Shown here in pieces: positions 11,335 to 21,184 of a stretch of 64,000 bases of DNA. Made by a program: the position numbers and the translations under genes. Source of the stretch: a bacterium (GTDB taxonomy: Bacteria; UBA8248); the NCBI GenBank assembly GCA_963692865.2, contig OY843592.1, positions 896,001-960,000 on the forward strand, in the 5' to 3' direction. Numbering within the stretch: position 1 is the first letter of the stretch; the number at the start of each line of letters is the position of its first letter. The notes beneath the pieces were generated by a model. The model saw only the letters and a program-made list of their open reading frames with translations, searched no databases and was not told the origin of the DNA.

Positions 11335-12057
11335 CTATGAAAGTTTGGAGCTTTGTGGTTCATGAACCGGAAACTCGACGATGAAGGATACGCCGCCCTC
11401 GGGAGGGGTCGTAAGTTCGAGGCGCCCGCCCAGCATGAGGGCGGTGAGACGGCTTCGGTAGAGACCGATTCCGATTCCCCGAAGGGCGCCCGGGTTTTCC
11501 AGGTCCTTCGCCATCCAGTCGATGAACGAATTGGTGGAAAAGGAGGGTGTTTCGGCGTCGCGGTTTGTGGTCGATAAAACGATCCGCTCGTTCTCCTTCT
11601 TGAGAAGCGCGTGGATGATGCCGCCCTCGGGCGCGACGTGAATGGCCGCGTCCAGAAGGTCGTCGATGAGGAAGGTGAGCCTCGTCCTGTCGCCATACAT
11701 GTCGAGCCTGGAGGGCATTTCGGGCAAAAACCGGAACGAGGGGAAATTCCACAGCCGCTTGCCGATGCGCTCGCTGAAAAGATGCGCGAGGTTGATTTCT
11801 GCGTTTTCAAGGTCTACACGTTTGGCCTCGATGTCGGCGGCGTCGGCGAGCGTCTCGATGAGGCGGCTCAGGCGGTGTATGTTTTCGGATAAATCCCGAA
11901 TCTCCTCACGCGCCTTCCAGGGGTCGGATTCCTCGGCCAGGGCGAGGAACCTGTCATTCAGACGAGAAGCGGGCGTTTGGAGTTCGCGCGCGGCGAGACG
12001 GAGGAACAATGCTGCGAGCCGTTCGTTCGCAGGTTGTTTTTCTCCGCCGTCATTCAT
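11335..12057 (-). CDS. Degenerate histidine kinase-like protein (HisKA + HATPase fold)
   Basis: RELQTP (H-box without His), GDRTRLTFLIDDLLDAAI (N-box without Asn), GIGIGLY (G2 box), GGRLEL...GG.SF.VEFP. Confidence 0.7.
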   Translation of the reverse strand: MNDGGEKQPANERLAALFLRLAARELQTPASRLNDRFLALAEESDPWKAREEIRDLSENIHRLSRLIETLADAADIEAKRVDLENAEINLAHLFSERIGKRLWNFPSFRFLPEMPSRLDMYGDRTRLTFLIDDLLDAAIHVAPEGGIIHALLKKENERIVLSTTNRDAETPSFSTNSFIDWMAKDLENPGALRGIGIGLYRSRLTALMLGGRLELTTPPEGGVSFIVEFPVHEPQSSKLS

Positions 12058-12517
12058 GTGATTTCTCGGTTTTCCGGCTCGATGATTGGTTGAGCGCGGC
12101 GACCGATTCCGATATGAATTCCGCCGTTCCGCTCGTCATCGGACTGAAGGAGGATACCTCGCATAAGGGAACCCACCTGGCTTCGGAAATGTCGCTCGCC
12201 GCCTGGAGCGTCCCCCCGGTGGGCCGGCACACGAAATCAATCAGCACGTAGTGAAATTGCACGCGCCCCCATTCGTCGCGGGTGACGCGGTTCAGAACCT
12301 TGCCCTCTGAGAGAACCTCCACATCCAGGCCGGTCTCTTCCTTGACCTCTCGTATACAGGCTTCTTCAAGGCCTTCACCCAGGTGAACGCCGCCGCCCGG
12401 AATGCTCCAGGCGCCCATCTTGGGGGGCTGCCCACGGCGGACGATGAGGACGTTTTCCTCATCGAGGATGATGGCCCCTACGCCGACAATCGGGCGAAGC
12501 GGATATTCACGACCCAA
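12050..12517 (-). CDS. Nudix hydrolase (ADP-ribose pyrophosphatase-like)
   Basis: Nudix box PGGGVHLGEGLEEACIREVKEETGL; FHYVLIDF. Confidence 0.92.
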   Translation of the reverse strand: MGREYPLRPIVGVGAIILDEENVLIVRRGQPPKMGAWSIPGGGVHLGEGLEEACIREVKEETGLDVEVLSEGKVLNRVTRDEWGRVQFHYVLIDFVCRPTGGTLQAASDISEARWVPLCEVSSFSPMTSGTAEFISESVAALNQSSSRKTEKSHE

Positions 12518-12677
12518 TCCCCCGGCTCCTCAGGTGAAAGATGAAAGAAAAACACTTAAGACTTCGGATTGCGCGTACCCCATGCCCTCGGTTTCAAAAT
12601 AGCATGTTTTACTCCACAAGGGTTATGGCGAATCGAGCAGAATACTGAAAGATGGGCATCCCCCGCCGCTCATTCCG

Positions 12678-12706
12678 TTGACACGCCGTGGTGGGGGCCG
12701 TATCAT
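12678..12706 (+). promoter_or_regulatory. Putative sigma70 promoter for the EamA gene
   Basis: TTGACA-17 bp-TATCAT. Confidence 0.6.
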
Positions 12707-12823
12707 TTTTTCGGTTTTTGAAGCCTGCCCTTCGGAACTTCCCTGAATCGAGGGCGCTTTCATCCCCCCATCAGCCAAGAGGTATGCGTGGCGAGCAGGG
12801 ACGTCCGCGCCGGGGAGTCGCGT

Positions 12824-13666
12824 ATGCCGCCTGAAGTCGTATTCGCGCTCATGTCGCTGTGCTTTCTCGGCGTCAATGACTTCCTCTACAAATGGGGCCA
12901 GCAGTGGGATATGCGCAGCGGCCCATTCATGTTCCTGCAGAACATGGCGTATCTGCCCAACGCCTTCGGCCTGGCCTGGTATCGGGACGAGTTGATCCTG
13001 AATCCGGGACTCGCCTTCGGCTTCATCAACGGGATTTTGGCGTTCACCGCGTTCTTGTTCGTCCTGCTCGCCTTGAAGAGAGGCGAGGCGGTGGCGCTCG
13101 TGCCGATCGTCCGCCTCAATTTCGCGGTGACGGCCGCTCTCACGATTTTTTTCCTGGGCGAGAGCGTAAACCTCATCAAGGGCGCCGCCCTCCTCCTGGC
13201 GGCTCTCGCCGTGACGGCGGGCGGCAGCGGCGTGGCGGCGTCCGTCGGGGACAGGCGTTCCGTGGCCTTGGCGATTGGCGCCATGTGCATGTTCGGGGTC
13301 ATCGGGCTGTTCTACAAACTGGGGCTCGGAATGGGCGCCAAACCCGCCATGATGACGGCGGTGCAAAGCGTGGGCGTCTTCTGCATGGCCGTACCCTACG
13401 CTCTCCTGCAAAAAGACCCGCTACCCAGGCGCGGCGTGCCGCTCTGGCTTCCTTTCGTGTGCGGCGTGCTCACCTCTTCGAGTTACGTGGCCATCGCCGT
13501 GGGGTTCACCTATGGCGAGGCGGTCGTCGTCGCGCCCATCGCCCAGTTGAGCTTCGTGTTGACCGGGGTGCTCGCCATCATCTTCCTGAAAGAGAAGCTG
13601 ACGCTCAGAAAAGGGGTGGGCGTCATATTCGCCGCGGCGTCCGTGATTCTCTTCTCCAGAGGGTAG
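12824..13666 (+). CDS. EamA/DMT family transporter
   Basis: About 10 hydrophobic segments in two repeats; GEAVALVPI, FFLGE, IFLKEKL. Confidence 0.88.
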   Translation: MPPEVVFALMSLCFLGVNDFLYKWGQQWDMRSGPFMFLQNMAYLPNAFGLAWYRDELILNPGLAFGFINGILAFTAFLFVLLALKRGEAVALVPIVRLNFAVTAALTIFFLGESVNLIKGAALLLAALAVTAGGSGVAASVGDRRSVALAIGAMCMFGVIGLFYKLGLGMGAKPAMMTAVQSVGVFCMAVPYALLQKDPLPRRGVPLWLPFVCGVLTSSSYVAIAVGFTYGEAVVVAPIAQLSFVLTGVLAIIFLKEKLTLRKGVGVIFAAASVILFSRG

Positions 13667-13669
13667 GTT

Positions 13670-14848
13670 TTACAGCACTTCTTCGTTTCGAAGTCGCTCG
13701 ATTTCCGGGGGCGTCATGCCCAGCCATTCGTCGAGAATCGCTTCGGTATGCTGCCCGAGCGCCGGCCCCGTCCAGGCGATGTCGAGGGGCGTCTGCGACA
13801 TTCTCGGGAAAGCGCCCTGCATGGGCACGGCGCCGAAATCCGCGTCCGGCACGTGGCGAACCAGGTTTCTCGCCTGAAAATGGGGGTCTGAGAGGATGTC
13901 TTCGATGTCGTAGACGGGGCTCGCCGTTACGCCGCCCGCGTTGAAAAGCGCCATGTTCTCGTCGCAGGTGCGCTTCGCTATCGCGTCGGCCACGATTTTA
14001 TCGAGCGCATCCTGGTTCTCGACGCGCGTCTCGTTGTTCGCGAATCGCTCGTCGGTGATGATGTCTTCGCGCTCCAGGGCGCGGGCGAGACGTTCATACA
14101 TCGGCTGGGTGGAGGCGGAAATCGCCACCCACTTGCCGTCGCTCGTGGGATAGATGTTTCTGGGCGCCGAGTTCTCGGAGCGGTTGCCCAGGCGCGGGCG
14201 TTTTTCCCCCTCGATGAGATAGCGGGCCGCCTGTGGACCCAGAACCGTGAAAAGCGGCTCGTAAAGCGCCAGATCGATGACCTGCCCCTTCCCGCCTCCC
14301 AGGGCGTCGCGGTGATAGAGCGCGAACATGGTGGAGGCGACGCCCTGGAGCGCGGCCGTCATGTCCGCCAGGGGCTGGGGCGGGGCCAGGGGAGGGGAGT
14401 CGGGAAACCCGTTCATATCGGCGAAGCCCGACATCGCCTCCACCAGGGTGCCGAAGCCCGGCCTGTCGCGGTAAGGCCCGTCCTGTCCCCATCCGGATAT
14501 CCGGACGACGATGAGTCTCGGGTTCACTTTCCACAACTCGTCCGGCCCGATCCCCCAGCTTTCGAGTTTGCCGACGAAAAAATTCTCGGCGAGAACGTCC
14601 GCATGGACCGCCAGCTTGCGGATGAGGTCCTGCCCTTGCGGGTTCGCCAGGTTGGTGGTGATGGAGCGCTTCCCCCGGCCATAAACCTTCCACCAATAAG
14701 GATTCCAGGCCCGCAGCGTATCGCCGTGGCCCGGCGCTTCTATCTTGACCACGTCGGCGCCGGCGTCGGCCAGCAGCATGCCGTACATTCCGCCCGAGAC
14801 GAGGCGGGTCAGGTCCAATACCTTGACGCCCTCAAGGGGTCTGCTCAC
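13670..14848 (-). CDS. Family III CoA-transferase (CaiB/BaiF)
   Basis: PLEGVKVLDL, GADVVKIE, RGKRSIT, ISGWGQDGPY, GPALGQHT. Confidence 0.94.
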   Translation of the reverse strand: MSRPLEGVKVLDLTRLVSGGMYGMLLADAGADVVKIEAPGHGDTLRAWNPYWWKVYGRGKRSITTNLANPQGQDLIRKLAVHADVLAENFFVGKLESWGIGPDELWKVNPRLIVVRISGWGQDGPYRDRPGFGTLVEAMSGFADMNGFPDSPPLAPPQPLADMTAALQGVASTMFALYHRDALGGGKGQVIDLALYEPLFTVLGPQAARYLIEGEKRPRLGNRSENSAPRNIYPTSDGKWVAISASTQPMYERLARALEREDIITDERFANNETRVENQDALDKIVADAIAKRTCDENMALFNAGGVTASPVYDIEDILSDPHFQARNLVRHVPDADFGAVPMQGAFPRMSQTPLDIAWTGPALGQHTEAILDEWLGMTPPEIERLRNEEVL

Positions 14849-14900
14849 GGTTTTTCTCCCGTCCGTTCAAAGGGGCCGCCTTTTTCTACTACTTCCAGAA

Positions 14901-15629
14901 TCAATCTTTCAACGTGATCCACAAGGCGGCGTGATCGCTTGGGGGTTTCGGGTCGCCCTTCACCCAATCGATGCGCGCGTCAAGAAGTCGATTTCGCGCG
15001 CTTCGATTGATGAACGCATGATCCAGCCGAAAGCTCCCTCCCCCGCCGGGCGCGCGCCAGGTGTAGGCGCGTTTTCGGCCGTAAACGCTGCGGTAGGCGT
15101 CCGCCCATCCCGCTTTCGACATGGCCGTCATGAAATCGTCTTCGCGCCTGTTGAAGCATTTCACCGTTTCATCCTCGCCGATTCGCCCGGTGTTGAAATC
15201 ACCCGCCACGATGGCGTCTCCCCCGCGCCAGCGGCGCGTCAAATCGCGGAGCGCATCCAGGAAGGGATATTTGATGCCGCTCACGCGGTTGGGAACGTGA
15301 ACGGCGGCGACCGTGATGGGCGCGGGCGCGCGAACGTGGGCGAGCAGGCGGCGTTCTACAGGTTCGGGAGGCCTTCTCCAGTGAACGCGCCTGAGCGGCC
15401 GGCGCGAGGCGAGGAGCAGGGCGTTTTTGGCCGGATGATTTTCAGACGCCGTGTTCAGTTGATGAGGCAGTCCCAGCTCCTCGATACGGGAGGCGATCTC
15501 CCGGCTGGGCGGAGTGCCACGAAACTCCGTCAGAATGACGATGTCGGGACTTCCCTGGCCGATGCGCTCCACGATTTTGGCCGCCCGGCGTCCGCCGCCG
15601 TGCATGATGTTCCAGATGAGAATCTTCAT
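14901..15629 (-). CDS. Endonuclease/exonuclease/phosphatase family protein
   Basis: MKILIWNI, PDIVILTE, AGDFN, RLDHAF, PSDHAAL; the true start lies inside the long predicted ORF. Confidence 0.88.
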   Translation of the reverse strand: MKILIWNIMHGGGRRAAKIVERIGQGSPDIVILTEFRGTPPSREIASRIEELGLPHQLNTASENHPAKNALLLASRRPLRRVHWRRPPEPVERRLLAHVRAPAPITVAAVHVPNRVSGIKYPFLDALRDLTRRWRGGDAIVAGDFNTGRIGEDETVKCFNRREDDFMTAMSKAGWADAYRSVYGRKRAYTWRAPGGGGSFRLDHAFINRSARNRLLDARIDWVKGDPKPPSDHAALWITLKD

Positions 15630-15755
15630 GGCGAAGGGAGTGTAGCGGTAGTAATATGTGCGACGCCAATGGAAGTTGAGTGTCTCGTTGAAAAGCAAAA
15701 GCCGGAGGATGTCGAGCCCCCGCCTGGGCGCCGACCCGGCGGGGAGGAAATCTCG

Positions 15756-16298
15756 TTGAAACGGATATGCGTTTTCGCCGGTTCGTCTAAAGGCGTGCGG
15801 ACTGAATATCGGGAGGCGGCGCGAACCTTGGGCCATGCCCTGGGTGCGCGTGGAATCGGCGTGGTGTACGGCGCGGGAGGCATCGGACTCATGGGCGTTC
15901 TGGCCGACGCCGTGCTCGAAAGCGGCGGCGAGATAATCGGCGTGATTCCCGACAGGTTGATGGAAATGGAGGTCGCCCATCAGGGGATCACCGAACTTCG
16001 CGTCGTGCGAACGATGCACGAGAGAAAAGCCTTGATGGCGGAATTGGCCGATGGATTCATCGCGCTGCCTGGCGGACTCGGAACGCTCGAGGAAACCATG
16101 GAGATGATCACATGGCTCCAACTCGGGTACCACGACAAGCCCGTCGGCCTGCTCAACGTCCGCGGTTATTATGATCCTTTGCTGGGATTTTTCCGCCACA
16201 TGAACGAGGAAGGTTTCATCTCGGAGAAAATCCTGGATTCCTTCACGGTCGACGACGCGCCCGAGGGACTGATGCGGCGGATGCTTACTCCCAGGTGA
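15756..16298 (+). CDS. LOG family nucleotide phosphoribohydrolase (TIGR00730-like)
   Basis: RICVFAGSS, VYGAGGIGLMG, MHERK, LPGGLGTLEE, KPVGLLN; GGAGG RBS before TTG 15756. Confidence 0.92.
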   Translation: MKRICVFAGSSKGVRTEYREAARTLGHALGARGIGVVYGAGGIGLMGVLADAVLESGGEIIGVIPDRLMEMEVAHQGITELRVVRTMHERKALMAELADGFIALPGGLGTLEETMEMITWLQLGYHDKPVGLLNVRGYYDPLLGFFRHMNEEGFISEKILDSFTVDDAPEGLMRRMLTPR

Positions 16299-16959
16299 GC
16301 GCGGCGAGGTAGCCCGCGCCCTCATCCAGCGCTGTCTTCGCCTCGATTCCCTGCGCCTGCTTGTGCGCCTGGATGGTTTTTAAGTGGGCGTACCCCTCCC
16401 AGAGCACATGGCGGAAGGTCCACTCCAGGTTGTAGTGGAAGGCGTTGTATTTTTTCTCGTCGCGCCGGAAGCCGTCGGGGTGGATTTTGAGCACCACGTT
16501 TTCAATCCAGTCGATGTACCGATCACCCGAGGGCCATTCGTAGTTCCGGGGAACGACCCTTTCTTTGGTTTTTTCCCGCAAGGATTCGAGGGTTTCGTTT
16601 TCGAGAATATCCAGAGCCAGTCGGCAGCCGTCTTCATAAGCGGCGAGCAGATCGTCCATCTCGTGGAATCGTTCGGGATCGAGGAGACGATCCGCACCGC
16701 CCGTGTCGTACAGGGATTTCGGCCTCGGCAGCTCCTCTCCAAACAATGACTTCCCCCAGACCTGTAAAAACCACCTGTAATTCACATAACCCATGTGGCT
16801 GACCTGCTCGCGGATCGGCCACATTCCCCAGCTTTTGCCGGGTTGTTTCAGATCCAGTTGCTCGTCCGTGAGGCCTTCCACTTCCCGGGCGTACATTTCG
16901 GGCAAAAGGGCGTATTCGGGAAAAATTTCCGTGGCGGGCCTTGAAGAGTCCTGCGTCAT
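16285..16959 (-). CDS. DinB/YfiT superfamily-like protein
   Basis: GLTDEQL...WPIREQVSHM and C-terminal H..WE...H motifs typical of the four-helix metal-binding fold. Confidence 0.6.
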   Translation of the reverse strand: MTQDSSRPATEIFPEYALLPEMYAREVEGLTDEQLDLKQPGKSWGMWPIREQVSHMGYVNYRWFLQVWGKSLFGEELPRPKSLYDTGGADRLLDPERFHEMDDLLAAYEDGCRLALDILENETLESLREKTKERVVPRNYEWPSGDRYIDWIENVVLKIHPDGFRRDEKKYNAFHYNLEWTFRHVLWEGYAHLKTIQAHKQAQGIEAKTALDEGAGYLAALTWE

Positions 16960-17034
16960 TTTCTGTGTCCTCGGATGGAATCGGGAGCCGGGAATATATC
17001 ACGCCGCGTCCGGTTTCGCGCGGGGCGCGGATTA

Positions 17035-17311
17035 GGGGTTGTTGAAAAAGCCTGCTTTCGTGATTCGGCGAATGAAACCAACCGGGGGGCGTGGGGACAG
17101 GCCCCCGCGCCTGTCCGAGGTCCCTGCGCGACGGCGCGGTTTTGTTCGTCATTCCGGCGAAAGCCGGAATCCATTTGTTTTGCCTTTGTTTTTTCTTTTC
17201 TGACTGATTCTTCCCAATGACGGCGGTGGTCGGTTCCGACCGATGAGGAAGGTCGAACCCGATTGATGAATGAGGGTTCGACCAAGCGGGGCAGGGTTTT
17301 TCAACAACCCC
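17035..17311. mobile_element. TIR-bounded composite repeat, copy B
   Basis: Perfect 15-bp IR GGGGTTGTTGAAAAA / TTTTTCAACAACCCC; shares its left arm, REP, GTCATTCCGGCG (17148-17173) and GGTCGAACCC hairpin (17251-17283) with copy A; flanks ATTA/GTTA. Confidence 0.8.
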
Positions 17312-17386
17312 GTTACGGATGCCGGTTTCTCGTGCCATAATGCGCATCTATCGCTTCGTTTCATTTCTCTGTCCCTTGGATAGGCT

Positions 17387-18271
17387 TTGATCGAGTCCCT
17401 CCCCCCGGTTTTCTTGTCTTTCCTGTCCGCTGTCTTTCTGGCCGCAACGCAAACAATCTATCGAGGCGCCCTTCAGTGGATAGGACCGAAGGCTATCACC
17501 TTTGTGACCAATTTGACGCTGGTGACTTACGCTTCGACCATATACATATTGGGCGCAGGCCTCGAAAAATGGCCTCTGGTGGGGATTTTCTGGTTCGTGC
17601 TGGCGGGGCTTTGTTCTCATTTCCTGTCGAGAAACCTGAACTTCATATCGGCCACCCTCATCGGGATGGCGCGCTCCCAGATTTTTTTGCAAGTCCATCC
17701 CATATGGAGCGCTTTGCTGGCCATGCTCCTTTTCGGCGAGACGATCAATTTCCCGATCGCCCTGGGTACTTTCGCCATCGTGTTGGGCGCGATACTCCTG
17801 GTGCAGGAGAGAGGGGCGGGGGGCAAGCGCGCTCCCTTTTTATATTACCTCCTTCCGATTCTCGCGGCTTTTTTCTTCTCCTTCGCTCCGCCGTTGCGAA
17901 AGCTCGCTTTTCAGACGATTCCCTCACCCGCTTTCGGCATCGCCACCACGGCGTTCACGGGCGCGCTTCTCCAACTCGGGTCCATACCGTTCGTCGAAAA
18001 TCACGAGCTCAACCCCAGAACATGGAATAAAAAAAGCCTGTGGCTGGTTCTCATCGGAGGGGTTTTCAACATCATATCGGCGTACTGCTTTTGGCTCGCC
18101 ATCAAAAACGGAAAGCTCATAGAGGTGATTCCGATAAACAGGCTCTCCATCTTGTTCCTGATACTGTTTTCCTGGCTTTTTTATCAAAGGCTCGAGCGCA
18201 TCAATTTGCGCGTGATCGCAGGCGGACTGCTCGCCGTGGAGGGCGCCGTGCTGATCGTATTGGGCAGTTAG
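17387..18271 (+). CDS. EamA/DMT family transporter
   Basis: Two EamA-like hydrophobic repeats, LLFGE motif. Confidence 0.85.
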   Translation: MIESLPPVFLSFLSAVFLAATQTIYRGALQWIGPKAITFVTNLTLVTYASTIYILGAGLEKWPLVGIFWFVLAGLCSHFLSRNLNFISATLIGMARSQIFLQVHPIWSALLAMLLFGETINFPIALGTFAIVLGAILLVQERGAGGKRAPFLYYLLPILAAFFFSFAPPLRKLAFQTIPSPAFGIATTAFTGALLQLGSIPFVENHELNPRTWNKKSLWLVLIGGVFNIISAYCFWLAIKNGKLIEVIPINRLSILFLILFSWLFYQRLERINLRVIAGGLLAVEGAVLIVLGS

Positions 18272-18327
18272 ATGCTCACTTATTTTGAATGGGGCGCGCG
18301 CTATGTGGCGGTTCTTGAGGTGTTGAA

Positions 18328-19209
18328 ATGGGAAACCTGATTGTGGAGGCGCCGCCCGAGATTCGCGCTTTGCTGGGCGCCTTCCTGTTCGCGTGCAACC
18401 AGATCCTCGTTCGCAGACTGCTCGAGCGCGCCTCGGCGCTCACGATCATCTTCTGGGTGAATGGGTGGATGGCGGTCCTCGCCGCCTTTTTTTCCCCTCT
18501 CTCCGATAGTTACGAGGGCGACTGGACGACCGCTCTCGTCTTTTTCGTCCTGACCGGCGTGTCGGGGAATCTCGTGGCGCGCTACAGCGCTCTGCGTTCG
18601 AGCGAATACGTCGGCGTGAGCAGGACGAACGCGCTCGTGGCGGCGACTCCCATCGGCTCGGCATTGATGGGCGTTTTGCTTCTGGGCGAGCGCCCCGACG
18701 GCGGCGTTTGGCTGGGAATCCTGCTCGTCGTCCTCGGGATGATCTGGCTTACCGGCGAGCGGATAACGGGAGCGTATTCGCTCAGGCGCTATACGTTCGC
18801 CTTCATCGCGATGGCGGCGTTCAGCGTCACGCCCTATCTCCGAAAAGCGGGGCTGGCCGCCATGAACGCGCCGTGGATGGGCATCATCGTGGCCACGCTC
18901 ATCGCCAACGTGGGCTTGCTCGCATCCTCGCGCTTCGCCTCGCAGGAACAGAAGTTTCAGTGGAGCATGCGGATTGCGGCGGCATGCGTCCCGGCGGGTT
19001 TGTTCGGGCTCTTCTCCGCCGTGATGTTCTGGACCTCGCTGCGCGACGGGCAGCTCGCGGTCATTTCCCCGCTCGTTCGCATGACCCCGATATTCGTTCT
19101 TCTTCTTTCCGTAGCGCTGTTGCGCGACCTGGAAGTCATCACGAAGCGCCTGGTGATCGGCACGCTTATCGTCGTGGCGGGGGCCGTTCTGGTGACGTCG
19201 GGCGGTTGA
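18328..19209 (+). CDS. EamA/DMT family transporter
   Basis: Hydrophobic repeats, GVSRT, LLLGER. Confidence 0.85.
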   Translation: MGNLIVEAPPEIRALLGAFLFACNQILVRRLLERASALTIIFWVNGWMAVLAAFFSPLSDSYEGDWTTALVFFVLTGVSGNLVARYSALRSSEYVGVSRTNALVAATPIGSALMGVLLLGERPDGGVWLGILLVVLGMIWLTGERITGAYSLRRYTFAFIAMAAFSVTPYLRKAGLAAMNAPWMGIIVATLIANVGLLASSRFASQEQKFQWSMRIAAACVPAGLFGLFSAVMFWTSLRDGQLAVISPLVRMTPIFVLLLSVALLRDLEVITKRLVIGTLIVVAGAVLVTSGG

Positions 19210-19363
19210 CGCTCCGCGCGGGCGAACGTCGGATATTCGTTTGACCGGGGTTGTCCGTCTCTGCGAGAATGACCTCGTCTTCATTCTTTCAAAGCAGCGT
19301 TTTCCGCATCGAAATTCATGAGATGCGGTGCGGGAAGCCCTTTCATCAAATCGTGGGGGTGCG

Positions 19364-19843
19364 ATGAAAATACTCAAGATCATTCCCGAGAAGTGTACCG
19401 GCTGCATGCGGTGCGAACTCGCGTGCTCATACGAGCAGACGGGGACGTTCCAGCCCTCGAAGGCGGTGATCCGCGTCTCCTCGTTCGAGGGCCACACGAG
19501 CTATGCGCCCTACACTTGTCCGCAGTGCGACGAGGCATGGTGCCTGACGGCGTGTCCGGTCGAGGCGATCGGCATTTCGCCCGCCGGGGCGAAGGACGTG
19601 GCGGACGACATTTGCGTGGGTTGCAAGCTCTGCGCCATCGCGTGTCCCTACGGAACGATGTTCTACGACATGGACACCCACAAGGCGTTCAAGTGCGACC
19701 TGTGCGGCGGCAATCCCGCGTGCGCGTCGGTGTGCCCCACCGACGCCATCCTCTTCCAGGAGGCCGAGAAGACCGACTGGGTCGGGCCCTTTGCCGCGGA
19801 GCGGGCGAAATCGCCCGCCGGGCCGCTTGCGGGGGTGCTCTGA
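19364..19843 (+). CDS. 4Fe-4S polyferredoxin subunit of the AOR complex
   Basis: Four Cys clusters (CTGCMRCELAC, CPQCDEAWCLTACP, CVGCKLCAIACP, CDLCGGNPACASVCP). Confidence 0.93.
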   Translation: MKILKIIPEKCTGCMRCELACSYEQTGTFQPSKAVIRVSSFEGHTSYAPYTCPQCDEAWCLTACPVEAIGISPAGAKDVADDICVGCKLCAIACPYGTMFYDMDTHKAFKCDLCGGNPACASVCPTDAILFQEAEKTDWVGPFAAERAKSPAGPLAGVL

Positions 19844-19844
19844 T

Positions 19845-21167
19845 ATGGCCAGACACGTCATCGTAGGCGGCGGAACCGCAGGGTGGAACGCCATCACCAC
19901 CCTCAGGGAGCTGGACCAGGGCGATTCCGAGATCGTCCTCGTCGCGGACGAGACGCCGTATTCTCGGATGGTTTTGCCCTATTACCTGGCGCGGGACATC
20001 GCGGAGTCCCACGTCTACATCGCCTCTCCTCCCAGGCTCGCGGCGCTGAACGTGGACGCGAGGCTCGGCGCGCGCGCCGGGAGAATCGACGCATCGGCCA
20101 ATAAGCTCATCCTCGAAGGAGGCGATGAGATTGAATACGACAATCTCTTGATCGCCACGGGGTCTTCTCCCGTCAAAGCCCCGGTGCCGGGAGCGGACGG
20201 GAGGAGCGTGCACAGCTTCTGGACGTTTCCCCAGGCGCGCGCCGTGGCGTCCGGCGTGGGCGAGGGCGCCCGCGTGGCGATGATCGGAGCGGGATTCATC
20301 GCCTTCACGATTCTGAACGCCCTGGTGAATCAGGGCGTGAAGCTCACCGTCGTGGAACTCGAATCGCGTATCCTGCCGCGCATGATAGACGACGCAGGCG
20401 CCGGAATCGTTCAGGACTGGCTGAGCGAGCGCGGCGTGGAAGTGAGAACATCGACGCGCCTGGCCTCGATAGAGGACAAGGGAGACGCCAAGCTCCTCAA
20501 ATTCGAGGAAGGCCCCGATCTGGAGGTCGACCTGGTCATCATGGCCACGGGCATCAAGCCCAACATCGACTGGGTGGCGGGCAGCGGCCTCGAGACCAAT
20601 CAGGGAGTTCTGGTGGACGCGCATTGCCGAACGAACGTGGCGAACGTCTACGCGGCGGGAGACATCGCGGAAGGCCCCGACGCGGTGACGGGCGATAAGG
20701 TGGTGCACGCCATCGAACCCACCGCCATGCAGCATGGCCGCGTTGCGGCGGCCAACATGGCCGGCCGGGAGGTCGCGTACAAGGGCAGTCTGCTCATGAA
20801 CATCGTGGACGTCCTCGATTTGGAGATCGCCAGTTTCGGCGCATGGGACGACCCGGCGGCGGAGGTCTTCGAGGCCGTGCGGGCGGAGCGGCCCGCCTAC
20901 AGAAAACTCCTGTTCCGCGGCGGGAGGCTGACAGGGGCGATCATCCTGGGAAAAACGCGGGAAATCTGGACGACGAACGACGTGGGGATGCTCAAGGGAC
21001 TCGTGTACACGGGAGCGGACATCTCCGAATGGAAAGAGCATTTGCGCAGGAATCCGTTTGACGTGAAACGCGCGTTTTTGGCCTCGGGCGCCGCGGGTGA
21101 CCTGCTGCCGGAAACCGTCTTGGGGCGTCCGTCGATATCTGCGCATGAAATTGCGGTTTCTTCATAA
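19845..21167 (+). CDS. FAD/NAD(P)-dependent oxidoreductase subunit
   Basis: VIVGGGTAG, YDNLLIATGS, IGAGFIA, VYAAGDIAE. Confidence 0.92.
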   Translation: MARHVIVGGGTAGWNAITTLRELDQGDSEIVLVADETPYSRMVLPYYLARDIAESHVYIASPPRLAALNVDARLGARAGRIDASANKLILEGGDEIEYDNLLIATGSSPVKAPVPGADGRSVHSFWTFPQARAVASGVGEGARVAMIGAGFIAFTILNALVNQGVKLTVVELESRILPRMIDDAGAGIVQDWLSERGVEVRTSTRLASIEDKGDAKLLKFEEGPDLEVDLVIMATGIKPNIDWVAGSGLETNQGVLVDAHCRTNVANVYAAGDIAEGPDAVTGDKVVHAIEPTAMQHGRVAAANMAGREVAYKGSLLMNIVDVLDLEIASFGAWDDPAAEVFEAVRAERPAYRKLLFRGGRLTGAIILGKTREIWTTNDVGMLKGLVYTGADISEWKEHLRRNPFDVKRAFLASGAAGDLLPETVLGRPSISAHEIAVSS

Positions 21168-21184
21168 ACAAGGAGGTCGATGCC

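Noticed and set aside
14745-16325. Long overlapping ORFs 14745..16298(+) and 14901..16325(-) as fusion proteins
   Set aside because: They are two divergent genes (EEP nuclease from 15629 and LOG from 15756) whose antisense frames happen to stay open in GC-rich DNA
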